This document shows positions 12,530 to 24,158 of a DNA stretch of 34,204 nt, piece after piece. Each line of letters opens with the position of its first letter. Within the stretch, counting starts at the first letter, position 1. The DNA is taken from positions 7,735,776 through 7,769,979 of the forward strand of contig NC_069005.1 in assembly GCF_001194135.2 (NCBI RefSeq). Reading direction: 5' to 3'. A model generated the notes under the pieces. That model saw nothing but the letters and a program-made list of their open reading frames with translations. It was not told the DNA's origin and did no database searches. This stretch comes from Octopus bimaculoides. Lineage: Eukaryota. A program made the position numbers and the translations under genes.

Positions 12530-13340
12530 AGAAATGAAAATGATAGTAGTTGATCTTGGCAGAATTTGAACCCAGAACATAAACAGTAGGAACAAAATAC
12601 CACAAGATATTTTGCCCAAAGCTCTGATGATTCTATCAATCTACTGCCCCCCCTCCCACACAACACCCTCTGTATCTTGTGTCTCTCTTGCAGATGACAC
12701 CTTGTCTACATAGTTTGAAGAACTAAACAAAGGAAGAATTTGTAAATGTGAAAAGATATGTTAATAACAATAATAATAATGGTTTCAAATTTTGGCACAA
12801 GGCCAGCAATTTTGAGGGAGGGGTAAGTTGATTAGATTGAGACCCCAACCGGTACTTATTTTACTGTCCTCGAAAGAATGAAAGGCAAAGTGAACCTCTG
12901 AATGTAAAGATGGACAAAATGCCGCTAAGTATTTTGTCCAGCATGCTAACGATTCAGCCAGATCACCGCATTAATGATAATAATGACCTTCTTAGGCCGA
13001 GGGTCATAAATTTTGAAGGCAGGGACATCTGATCTGAGTAAACTCATGATTTAACTGGGACTTATTTTTATTTACAGTCGAATGAAACGCCAAGTTGGTC
13101 CTGGCCAGATTTGAACTCAAAACATAAAAGAAAGACACTAAATACTACATACTCTACTAATTCTGTTACTGCTAAAAAAAAAAAAAAAATACTGACTTCC
13201 AACAGAGGGACAAAGCCACATATTTTAGGGCAAAAACAATTGATCATACTGCCCCACAACCCCACCCTGCCCTGCTCAACTGGTACTTATTGAGATTTGA
13301 ATTCAATGTAAATTGATGAAAGCATTTAATCTAGTTCTCT
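12530..13340 (-). mobile_element. Cluster of family B SINE copies and fragments
   Basis: Head fragment at about 12530-12650, near-full copy at about 12778-12970, degraded pieces to about 13340. Confidence 0.75.
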
Positions 13341-13630
13341 ACCAATTTTGTGAAGATTATTGAACAAAAGAAGTCACAAAGGCTTAATCCATAACTTGGT
13401 TTAACACTGCCACTTGGTCTTTGGGTATTTTTAGCAGAGCCCACACATTCCACTGAAAGCATTTGGACCATATCTCCTCTTTGAAGCTATCTTTTTTTGT
13501 TCCTCCCTCTCACCAGTTTTCAAATTCCTGAAGAGATTTCATGGGAACTGTACTGGTTCTTGATAAAATGATAAACAAACAGAAACCTGTAGCACTTTTC
13601 AGCAAACCCATTTTCTAGATAATTATTTAA

Positions 13631-13851
13631 CCCTTTAGCATCTAAACTGACCATATCCAGCTAAAATATTCTATTTGCTTTGTTGTTCAAACTGGCCAAA
13701 TCTGGCCCCTCACAGCTACCCTACAATGTCATTCTAAAAATAAACAACCATGTCTTCAGAATCTTGAAGCTACTAGATAATTCATGATTAATTTGAAACA
13801 ATGTGAATAAAGAAACATTACAATTAACCGAACAATCTGAATGCTAAAGGG
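13631..13851. mobile_element. piggyBac-like MITE
   Basis: TTAA on both flanks (13627-13630, 13852-13855). Perfect 11-bp TIR CCCTTTAGCAT / ATGCTAAAGGG. Confidence 0.85.
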
Positions 13852-14245
13852 TTAATCTTTTTGTAATCGTATTTCTAAGGACACATGCTCCCACTGTGTT
13901 CCTGCGATTTTTGAAATTAGTAATTTCAAGGGGTTTTAGTACAATGACTTATTATTAAGCTCAAGCTCAGGTCAAAACAAAACATTCTTACTAAAATTAT
14001 AAATAATGGTAAGTTTTAATTTAAATGTGAACATTTTTAAAATGAGAGATTTTTCATCAAAAGAACAAGAGATGGTACCTAGCATATTGGTATTGAAAGG
14101 GTTAACAAAAAAATATATATATATTTCAAATCAACATGTGGGGTTAACTGGAAAAAAAATTAGCAACACTTTTACAAAACAAGTGTTATTTTGTTAAAGA
14201 ACAAGTTAAGGTGTGTGTTTGTTGAAGAGAACAAGAATGAGTTAC

Positions 14246-14365
14246 CTGTTCCAGATAATCCTGTACTAAGAGAACTGCTAACAGAATTAGAATCCTCACG
14301 GTCCAATTCTTTATCAATACTAGAAAAGTCAAAATCATCCAGGCTAAGGTCATCAAGAGCACTAC
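14246..14365 (-). CDS. unk: Unkempt exon ((G)SALDDLSLDDFDFSSIDKELDREDSNSVSSSLSTGLSGT)
   Basis: SALDDL continues the conserved Unkempt motif across the junction. Acceptor atttag, donor gtaact, 120 nt, phase 1/1. Confidence 0.93.
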
Positions 14366-14582
14366 CTAAATATAGACAAAAAAAAAAAAAAAATTAGAAT
14401 AGGGACGTGTAAACTTTTTTAAGCCATTTCTTATAATGGTTTCTTAATCCATTCTCTAATATCTACCTATTGTCAAAGTGAAATGGATGGAAGATTTAAG
14501 GTATCAAACTACCTGCTCTTGTGCCAGGAGATCTTACCTTATAGCAGGCATTTTGCTGTGTCTGCTGTGCAAGATTATTATT

Positions 14583-14615
<33 letters not shown>

Positions 14616-15434
14616 CTACCTGCCTCAGATAATCTAAGAGCAGAATAGAATAAGTACCATGCGTTCTTGAATCTTATTTAACTGACATACTTATTTATAA
14701 AGGCAGCAATTTAATCTTAATGATTATATAATTGTAGATACTTTATTGTTATATGACTGATTACTGTTAACATACTAATACAGTGTCTACAGAGTAACTA
14801 TCTGAAGTAGATTGCTAAAATTGAAAGGAGGGACATGTTAAAACTGAAAGATGAGACATGCTGAAATTGAACTCCAAGACAGTAAAATGTACAAGGCAGT
14901 ACACCAAAACGTACAAAAACAGGATGGTAAATTCAGAGATTTGAATATAGGAGCAACATGAAGTTTAAAAAAAAAAGAAAAAAAACATTCAAAAACAGGT
15001 AGAAGCACCCATGTTTCTAATAAATGAAAGAAGAGAACAAGTAACACATGCCTGAGAGAATGAGTAAAAAAAAATTTTTTTTTTTTTAAATAACAATGGA
15101 ATTCTTTAAACTTTTTGTTACAATATTTCTGTTGAAATAAATTGCCTTTGATACAAATAATTTTGAAAATAAAGAATTTACTAAAGTAACTGTCATTATT
15201 GATACAGTGTTTGGAATATAAATTAAGATATTTTGAGAGAAGTTTTTTAATTTAGATCAGTTTAAGGTAGGGATTTTGTATCAAAGAACCAGGGGTAGTC
15301 TCAGGTGGGTTGGTACCAAAAGAGTTTAACCCAACATTAAAAATTACATATTTTACTTAAGAGAAAAATTATTTTTATAAATCTTATTACAAAATAAATT
15401 AATTTTTGTATAAAAATTTGTAGGATGAAGATAC

Positions 15435-15652
15435 TTCTCAAGTCATATAGACTCACAGAGCCAGTTTCCCAATTTCTGTGGTGCATATATCCCCCACCGA
15501 ATGGGATGCTCATTTTGGCCAGCTGAGTGGACTGGAGCAATGTGAAATGAAGTATTTTGCTTAAGGACACAACACATCACCTGGTGTAGGAATCGAAACC
15601 ACAATCTTACGATCATGAATCCAACACCTTAACCACTAAGCTATGTGCCTTC
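15435..15652 (-). mobile_element. SINE sharing head and core with 16820-17131 but with a different 3' part
   Basis: The reverse complement reads gaaggcacatagcttagtggttaagg...gtgtccttaagcaaaatactt...ctccagtccactcagctggccaaaatgag. Confidence 0.75.
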
Positions 15653-15949
15653 AACATAAAAAAGTGCAACATAAATAAATTCAAATTAAAAAAGAATTTT
15701 TAATTTCGTTTTAAAATTTAAAGTTCAGAGCATATTTTCTTTTCTTGCTTTTACTAACAGAACATGGTTTCTGTGTCACAATTCAACAGATAAGAATAGG
15801 TGGGGGAAAATAACATGCACTCAGTAAGTTCTGAGAAAATATTTATTCTAAGCATCATTTAGTTATACTTGAAATTTTTTTTTAAAAAAGCATCATAAAG
15901 TTAGTAAAACAGCTTTGAATGAAATAACAGGCAACATGACATGACTTAC

Positions 15950-16160
15950 CTACAACAGATTCAACAGTTTCACCAGGAGGGTAAAATGATGGAGCATGTG
16001 GAGACATATTTGATGTAGAAGGGTTAATAGGAGAAAGAGAACCACTAAAACTTTGATTAAAATTATGCAGTAAAACTAAATTTTGTTTCCTTGTAGCTTT
16101 TTCACTAGTATCTATAGTCAAATCATTTTCTATAGCTTGTAACTGTTGCCGAAGTTTTGC
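15950..16160 (-). CDS. unk: Unkempt exon (AKLRQQLQAIENDLTIDTSEKATRKQNL...SNMSPHAPSFYPPGETVESVV)
   Basis: Contains FYP..xTVESV, resembling the UNK segment PFYPTSDTVESVIESALDDL. Acceptor ttttttctag, donor gtaagt, 211 nt, phase 0 in and 1 out. Confidence 0.93.
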
Positions 16161-16576
16161 CTAGAAAAAAGAAATAAAATAAAAGAATAAGAAAATGCAA
16201 GGTTAATGTTTACATAAAATTTTAACTGTTTTGTCCTATTAATCTCAGTTTTAAATGTAAATATTGTCTGGTGCCTTGCTGTACTCAAGAAGACCCATAC
16301 TATGCAGCAGAAATGTTAAGATCAATCTTTCTGGTGGCGCAAAGCACTTATGGTGGTGCCATGTAAAAGCACCCAGGACACACACTGTAAAATGGCTGGC
16401 ATTAGGAAGGGCATCCAGCTGTAGAAATTAATGCCAAATCAGCCAACACAGGCCAACATTGACAATGGACATTAAATGATGAAGATTCAACCAATATTAG
16501 GAATAATAATCAATGCGGTGACATGAATCAGTGTCTAACAAATAAGTGAGAGGTAAAAAACAGAGCACAATTTTAA

Positions 16577-17305
16577 CACTTTAGCACTGAAACCAACCAC
16601 ATCAGGCTTAGATATTCTACCAAGTTTCTGTTCAAACCAGCCTCTCACACCAATCCTACAAGGTCATTCTAAAAACACCATATTTTGTGCAAGTCAACAT
16701 GGTATGTAATGCAAATATTCAAGCATCATCTCTATCATCCCAAATCCTGCTGCATTTCACATGGCTTTTGGTCCTTCAAAATCATCTTGGTGTATAAGTT
16801 GACTGAGCTTTTTTCAAGTGAAGGCGTGTGGCTTAGTGGTTAGGGCATTTGGCTCATGATCGTAAGGTCATGAGTTCAATTCCCGGTGACGCGTTGTGTC
16901 CTTGAGCAAGACACTTTATTTCACGTTGCTCCAGTCTACTCAGCTGGCAAAAATGAGTAGTACCTGTATTTCAAAGGGCCGGCCTTGTCACACCCTGAAT
17001 CTCCCCGAGAACTACGTTAGGGGCACATGGGTCTGTGGATTGCTCAGTCACTTGCACGTTAATTTCACGAGCAAGCTGTTCCATTGATCGTATCAGCTGG
17101 GACCCTCGTCGCCGTAACCGACGGAGTGCTCCTAAAAGCTTTTTGCAGCTGTAAATTGTGGTCTGAAAAATTCAACTTGTATGCCAGAAAATGCAGCAAG
17201 CAATCACATCATTGACACCTTGAAGCTACAAGATAATGCATGTTTAATTCAAAGCAACGTGAATAAATAAGCATTACATTTGACAGTAATTTGAATGCTA
17301 AAGAG
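16577..17305. mobile_element. piggyBac-like MITE split by a Tc1/pogo-like MITE, which is itself split by a SINE
   Basis: Left half (about 16577-16680) and right half (about 17205-17305) match 13631-13851. The inner pieces match the reverse complement of 30250-30459. Confidence 0.75.
16820..17131 (+). mobile_element. SINE with a different tRNA-like head and core (gtgtccttgagcaagacact) but the family A 3' half
   Basis: The 3' part (caaagggccggccttgtcaca...gacggagtgc) matches family A. The 5' part matches the minus-strand copy at 15.5 kb. Confidence 0.82.
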
Positions 17306-17421
17306 TTATATTATAGTAATTTCTTTTTGAGAAAATGCATTTAAAGAATTTAAATTAAGCTTTAATAAAGATTCAGGGGGGCTTTTTTAAGCAAAATATA
17401 TAAAAAAAAAGAAAAACTCAC

Positions 17422-17577
17422 TTGGCCTTCTTCTCGAGTTGAACTAAGAGTTCTCTGGTATTGCCCTGGACTACCATTGTCTGAGTTAATGCTACTAGAA
17501 GTACTACTTGTTCGACCCTTTCCTATAGGTTCCGGAAGTGGACTACTGGAGTGATTAGCATATCCTAAATTGTTTAA
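17422..17577 (-). CDS. unk: Unkempt exon, Ser-rich region (LNNLGYANHSSSPLPEPIGKGRTSSTSSSINSDNGSPGQYQRTLSSTREEGQ)
   Basis: Acceptor ccctttctag, donor gtgagt, 156 nt, phase 0/0, open frame. Confidence 0.85.
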
Positions 17578-18772
17578 CTAGAAAGGGGGGGAAAAATCAG
17601 ATTATTGTCATTATCAACATTACAAATATGTAAAAATGTACAAAAATCAGTCTTATCTTAATTTCGAAAGTAATGAAGAATTTATTAGATTATATTTGGC
17701 ATCATTAAACTGGTATTTTAAACTTCAATTTACAGAAAATTTTGATTAAGATCACTTCAAAACAGGCAGTTTGTATCATAGAAAAAGGGGCAGTCTCAGG
17801 CGGATTGATACCAAAAATGATCAAAGATGCTACTGCCATGATCACCACCACTGCCACTATCATTGTTGGCATTTTTATGTTCTCTTTTTCCATGCTGAGA
17901 TGGGTTGGATAAGTCTTCTTGAGGCAGTGTTTTACAGCTGGACATTCTTTTCGGACACTAAACTACTTATTTTCAAGTAACATACTTTATTTGATGTCTT
18001 TGCATGCTAAACTGAACAGCAGGACAAATTGTTTATGCAGGACATAAATGCCACTGATATCTAAATGTTGTCAATGCAAAGACATACAAAGAGCCTTCTG
18101 TAATTTTCCATCAACCAAATTTCATTTTTAAGGCATTGGTCAACCCAAGGCTTTACTAGAAGACACATAGCCAGGATTTCATGTGGTTGTAAAAGGCTCT
18201 ATACAACATAGCCACACTTGTCTCCTTTTCAGACAATGTACCTGGGTTTTCATTATCCAATCTATCATTCTTTTTTTTTAAGACAGTAGAGATAATGGAA
18301 ATGAGATTTGTTTGACACTCTTCCTAACGCCAATCACTCAAGTGTACTGGTTGCTTTCTAGATGGCACCATCACCAGAGAGGTCACCAAGTAACTTGCAA
18401 GACAAGATCCCCTCAAGTGAGGTGGCTTTATGCCTGGTGGTCAGAGTTTAGAGCAAGATGTACATGACTACTGCAGTTGGAAAAGGAGAGGGGGGGAGAA
18501 AGAGAAGATGGTGAAGAAGATATTGAAGTACACCCTCAAATTACAGGGAAGTGAAAGGGGTACAACCTGGAGAAATACTTACTGTGTGAGAAATACTGTT
18601 ACAACGTTCTTTACCAATTGGATCTGGAAGCTTTGGTGACTGGTTACCACCTATAGAATTAGAATCCTCCTGCAAAAAACCAAACAAACCAAGAATGTTC
18701 AATTCCATGTTTTAGACAAAATACACAGGTTTCAAATTTTGGCACAAGGTTAGCAATTTTGGGGAAGGGGGC

Positions 18773-18900
18773 GGCCACTTTACTGCCATCATATAATTGC
18801 TTTCTTAATTTTGTCTGCGGACATGTCCGATCCAGTTCCAGAGCCTGCGTCTTATTCCGTCACTGATCCTGTTGATGCCTGTTGTCGTTTCAATTGTCAG
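18773..18900 (-). mobile_element. Second RTE-type LINE RT fragment, antiparallel to 18905-19187
   Basis: Minus-strand translation TGINRISDGIRRRLWNWIGHVRRQN*ESNYMMAVKW fits the RTE pattern IRRRxWxWIGHxLR. Confidence 0.7.
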
Positions 18901-18904
18901 AATG

Positions 18905-19742
18905 ACGCATGCGTACGAACAACCATGCTACATGGCAGTGAAACATGGGCTGTAACTGCTGAGGACATACGTAAGCTCGCAAGGAATGAAGCCAGTATGC
19001 TCCGTTGGATGTGTAATGTCAATGTGAATACCCGTCAGAGTGTAAGTATCTTGAGAGAAAAGCTGAACATTAGAAGCATCAGTTGTGGCGTGCAAGAGAG
19101 ACGATTGCGCTGGTATGGACATGTGGTGAGAATGGAGGAGGATAGCTGCGTGAAAAAGTGCCACACCCTAACAGTTGAGGGAACCCGNNNNNNNNNNNNN
19201 NNNNNNNNNNNNNNNNNNNNNNNNNNNNNNNNNNNNNNNNNNNNNNNNNNNNNNNNNNNNNNNNNNNNNNNNNNNNNNNNNNNNNNNNNNNNNNNNNNNN
19301 NNNNNNNNNNNNNNNNNNNNNNNNNNNNNNNNNNNNNNNNNNNNNNNNNNNNNNNNNNNNNNNNNNNNNNNNNNNNNNNNNNNNNNNNNNNNNNNNNNNN
19401 NNNNNNNNNNNNNNNNNNNNNNNNNNNNNNNNNNNNNNNNNNNNNNNNNNNNNNNNNNNNNNNNNNNNNNNNNNNNNNNNNNNNNNNNNNNNNNNNNNNN
19501 NNNNGTGGCACATAAAAGACACCATTTCGAGCGTGGCCGTTTTCGTGCGGGTGACACGTAAAAGCACCCACTACACTCTCTGAGTGGTTGGCGTTAGGAA
19601 GGGCATCCAGCTGTAGAAACTCTGCCAAATCAGACTGGAGCCTGGTGTTGCCATCCGGTTTCACCAGTCCTCAGTCAAATCGTCCAACCCATGCTAGCAT
19701 GGAAAGCGGACGTTAAACGATGATGATGATGATGATGATGAT
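18905..19742 (+). mobile_element. 5'-truncated RTE-clade LINE: RT C-terminal coding fragment, assembly gap, then a probable 3' UTR with (GAT)n tail
   Basis: Translation MLHGSETWAVT...MLRWMCNV...RRLRWYGHVVRMEEDSCVKK fits the RTE pattern LYGSETW...RRLRWxGHVxR. After the gap, 19505-19742 is my family D sequence. Confidence 0.85.
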
Positions 19743-19974
19743 GAAAGAAATCTACCAAACAGTCAGAATGCCTTAAAAATTCGCCCTCTCAACTCCCTTT
19801 CTGCCCACCAGGGACTTACTGTAGATTTTCAAACTGAACAACGGTTTAACAATCTCACCAATCTTGGAGTGTCAACAAAAAGCAAGAACTAAAACAGTCC
19901 CTTCTCATTAAATAGTAACATAAATAAAAAGAAAATCCGTGAGTTTGAGAGAATGTGTATATATGTGATACAGA

Positions 19975-20013
<39 letters not shown>

Positions 20014-20573
20014 AGCATTTGAAGGAATGTGCATATGTATGTGTTTGAGAGAATGTGTGTTTATACATGTGCATGTGAAAGAATGTGTACTGTATTTTCC
20101 AGCATACAAGTTGAATTTTTCAGACCAAAATTCAATGTGAAATGCAGGATTCAAAGAAAAATGCAGGATTAGGAAGATAACGACAATGTTTTGGATGTTT
20201 GCACTAAATGTTTATGCTATCTACTATGTTGGTTTGTATCCTGCAAAATACGGAATATAATGGTTTGAGAAAATATGTTTGTTTGTTTGAGAAAGTGTGT
20301 ACATGTGTTTGAGAAAATGTGTGCACGTGTTGGAAAGAAAGTATGTATATGTATCTTGACACCAGAACATTGTCAGAAAGCAGAGCTGCTGCAGAGATTG
20401 TGTTGTAGCTTTCTGTGCCTCATGGCATGGAGAGAACCAACCAACTACTTAACGTTCAAGAAATAAAGATAATGGTTAGTGCAGGAGATTGAGAGATTGT
20501 GCACATGTTTTGGGAGAATGTGTATACATATGTCACAAAGAATATGATTGAATGTGTCTATATGAGTGTATGT

Positions 20574-20957
20574 ATGGAGACACAATGGCCCAGTGGTTAG
20601 GGCAGCGGACTGGCGGTCGCAGGATCACAGTTTCGATTCCCAGACCTAGCGTTGTGAGTGTTTATTGAGCGAAAACACCTAAAGCTCCACGAGGCTCCGG
20701 CAGAGGGTGGTGACGAACTCTGCTGTACTCTTCCACCACAACTTTCTCTCACTCTTACTTCGTGTTTCTGTTGTGCCTGTAATTCAAAGGGCCAGCCTTG
20801 TCACACTGTGTCATGCTGAATCTCCCCCGAGAACTACGTTAAGGGTACACGTGTCTGTGGAGTGCTCAGCCACTTACTTGTTAATTTCACGAGCAGGCTG
20901 TTCCGTCGATCCGATCAACTGGAACCCTTGTCGTCGTAACCGACGGAGTGCCACGGA
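20574..20957 (+). mobile_element. Family A SINE
   Basis: Full-length match to the other copies. Perfect 12-bp TSD atgagtgtatgt (20562-20573 and 20958-20969). Confidence 0.92.
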
Positions 20958-21182
20958 ATGAGTGTATGTGTTTTAGAAAATGTGAACATTCATGGGTGTA
21001 CATGCTACATATCATTACTGTGTGTGCTTGACAGAGAATGCATGTGAACACATTTCAGAGAATATCAATGCATGTGTATATGTGGTAACAAGTCACATAC
21101 ATATTGCACTGCCCAAACACAGCCACACACACTGAACTACCAGAAAGAGAAGACAAAAGCTGAAACACACAAAATAGTTTAC

Positions 21183-21319
21183 CTTTTGATTTTGAAGCAA
21201 CATTCCTTTGCCTTCGTTATTTTCTAAATTATTACTACTTTGTGGTAAAGCGTTAGTTACAAATGCTGCTAAAGAATTATCACTTGATAAATTTAATTCT
21301 CTCTGTGCTGTCATTTCCT
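21183..21319 (-). CDS. unk: Unkempt exon, start of low-complexity region ((Q)EMTAQRELNLSSDNSLAAFVTNALPQSSNNLENNEGKGMLLQNQK)
   Basis: Poly-T tract plus acag acceptor, donor gtaaac, 137 nt, phase 1 in and 0 out. Open frame that fits both neighbouring exons. Confidence 0.85.
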
Positions 21320-21655
21320 CTGTAAAAAAAAAAAAAAAAAAAAAATATTATAAATATAAATAAAAACATGAAGGTGCATGGTCTAGTAATTAGGGTGTTG
21401 CACTCATTAACATTCTCGTCATCATTTTAACATCTACTTTTTCATGAGTCAGAAGAAATTTGTGTAGGTGGATTTTCTACAGTTGGATGATCTTCCTGAC
21501 ACCAACATTCACCTGATTCCAAGTAAGGTACTATGCCCCGTGACCGGACATGTTTTCATGGAAGACTAGAAACAAAGGACACTGCTTGCATGATGGTGAC
21601 ATTCATTCACGACTATCATGTGAAATCAAGGCAAAGAGACAACCACACACACACA

Positions 21656-21798
21656 CGATGGGCTTCTTTCAGTCTACCAAATCCACTCTCAGGGCTTTGA
21701 TCAGCTGAGGGATGAAGTGGAAAAAAACTTGCCACACAGTGGGACTGAACCTGAGATCAGGTGGTTAGAAAACAAACTTCTTGCCACACAGTCATGCT
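21656..21798 (-). mobile_element. Family C SINE, 5' portion
   Basis: Same block as 28885-29040, more diverged. Confidence 0.75.
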
Positions 21799-23235
21799 TT
21801 GTGCATGTAGGCTAATTATTGAGAATTTTTTTTTACAGGAAAAACAAGTCCCCCCCCTCCTTTTAATTCTCTCATTCACACACTATCCTAGCTCCATGAT
21901 ATCTCATTAGTGTACCAGATAAACACACCATTTACTTCTACTACCACTTACTTTCTATTATCTGACAGCTTCCTACTTGCAAGCTATCTCTTTAATGAAA
22001 CAGCAAATAAAAACAGTTAATTATTACATGCAGATTGTTATTATTATTATTATTAAAGACTAATAAAAAAAAGAAAAGAAACAATTATAGTGATGTACAT
22101 ATAAAAGTGATGCAGTTGAAAAATGGTATTTGTTGGTAATGGAAGGTGAAGGAAAGAAGGTAAGTCATAGTTAATTTTCCTCTCAATTCATAATAGAACA
22201 ACTTTGTCTCACACAATCAAACATTTATAGTACATAATCATTTCAATTATCTGGACATTCTTCAAAATAGCTAAGTATAAAAGAAACACAAAGGGAGGTT
22301 AAGCTTCAAAAAACAACTTGCATTGCAAAGGAAATAATGCTATCTGATAATAATGGATAATGCAAAGTTTTTTTTTATGTAAGTACACACACACCTTTTG
22401 TTGTTTGTTGGCCTTTTCAAAGAGTGCCATTTATATATATTATACACATCTAGCATGGAAAAACAAACTTGAAAATGTTGATGGTACACACACACACACA
22501 CAATCATCAACATCATCATCATCATCATTTAACATGCATTTTTCCATGCTTGCATGGGTCAGATGGAATTTTTTGCCCCAGCAGATTTTTTCCACAGCTG
22601 GATGTCCTTCCTGTTGCCAACCCTCGCCTATAACCAGGTAAGGTGAATATTTCCCCCATGACCAGACATGTTTTCATGGAAGACTGGAATGAAGGACACA
22701 GCCCTCGCTTTCAAAATTCAAGCTGGAGTTTTTATCACTTTTCTTCCTTACTACAACTAGATAAAATTCATGTAGGGCATGGTCCATTTCATGAGCTTCT
22801 GTACCTTCCATCTACCCAGTTTCATTCACAAGGCTTGGATCAGTATCAGGGTATGGTAGAAGACATTCATTCAAAGAACTGTGCAGTGGGATTGAGCTTA
22901 GAATCACATAATCGCAGAGCAAAACTGCACAGTTTAAGCTTGCAGCCATGGCCAATGAAGTGGACTCTGTGGTCACTCAATTTATTAGAAATAGCAGCTA
23001 AATTCTTCCAAATGACATCTTGAATAAAGATAGGTTACATTAGATACCTAAACTGAGAGACCCCTAAAAGGCAGGATGGTCACAGCTGGAATACCAAGTA
23101 GGATGTGTAGGGATACATGCACAAACCTAGCAATGGATTTAGAAGTTAAGAGGTAGGCTTTTAAGTCCATATGAAATATTGTAATTATACATGTAAAAAA
23201 AAACAATAAAAATATATTTTAAAAAATATACTTAC

Positions 23236-23320
23236 GTTCAACATGTGCAAAAGCACAAAATGACCCACGAGGGCAAAAACTATTTTGTACCATATCATTA
23301 CATTTTGTTGATTTATAAAT
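23236..23320 (-). CDS. unk: Unkempt exon, CCCH finger 6 (IYKSTKCNDMVQNSFCPRGSFCAFAHVE)
   Basis: Matches the Unkempt motif IYKSTKCND...CPRGxFCAFAH. Acceptor ttgcag, donor gtaagt, 85 nt, phase 0 in and 1 out. Confidence 0.97.
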
Positions 23321-23451
23321 CTGCAACAGAAAATCAGAAAATTCTTTGTAAATATAAGAGACAGGGTAAAGCTTCAGCTACAAATACATTTTAAAACCAA
23401 CTGTGTGTCTTGATAGTTTTTCTTTCTTGTTTGTAAAGTCAATCACATGTG

Positions 23452-23484
<33 letters not shown>

Positions 23485-23610
23485 TCTTTTACTTGTTTCC
23501 ATCACTGTATTGTGTCCTCTATGGTAAGGGGTACAGCCTGAAAGAGGTTTACTCGATCAGATCAACCTCAGTACTTATTTTACTGGTTTCTTTTTACAAA
23601 GCTGCTGAGT

Positions 23611-23713
23611 GAGAGGTGGCTGTGAGATAAGAAGCTTGCTTCCCAACCACATGGTTCTGGGTTCAGTTCCACTGTGTGGCACCTGAGGCAAGTGCCTTCT
23701 ACTATAGCCTCAG
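23611..23713 (+). mobile_element. Family C SINE head fragment
   Basis: ggtggctgtg..aagaagcttgcttcccaaccacatggttctgggttcagttcc...ctatagcctc. Confidence 0.75.
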
Positions 23714-23719
23714 TAATGC

Positions 23720-24115
23720 TTCAGCTCCAGCGTTTAATACTCAGAGGAAGAGAGGCTGGTAAAAAAGCCAAACTTACTATCTTTAATTTGGTTTCTGAGT
23801 CCATCCTCACCTCTGGTCATTAATGACCAACAACCAAACGAGAATGATTGCAAAGCTCTGGTACTATGGATATGTGATTAAAGTATCACAGGAAAGAATA
23901 ACAAGATGGATACTTCAAGCGGAGCCAACTGGCAGGAGACTTCGGAGTAGATCAAGAGCAAGACGGTTGGATAACATCCAGTCTCAGTTGGTCACACTTG
24001 GGAATCGAGCCAAAAAATCTAATGACAATTGCTTCTGATAGGATCCTCGAAAGAAGGTACATGAGGACTCTACCCTTAAGACTTACCCAAGAAAAGAGGG
24101 TGGAGAAGACGGAAG
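23720..24115 (+). mobile_element. Decayed RTE-type LINE RT C-terminal fragment
   Basis: Pieces KAKLTIFNLVSESILTSGH, LWYYGYVIKVSQERITRWILQAEPTGRRLRSRSRARRLDNI and LGIEPKNL, with stops and frameshifts. Confidence 0.7.
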
Positions 24116-24158
24116 GATGTATGAAAATGCTAATTTCCTATAATATGGAGATTAAATT

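Noticed and set aside
14191-14397. Plus-strand 68-aa ORF (ELPVPDNPVLRELLTELES...)
   Set aside because: It is the antisense shadow of the unk exon at 14246-14365, which has proper splice sites and a conserved motif.
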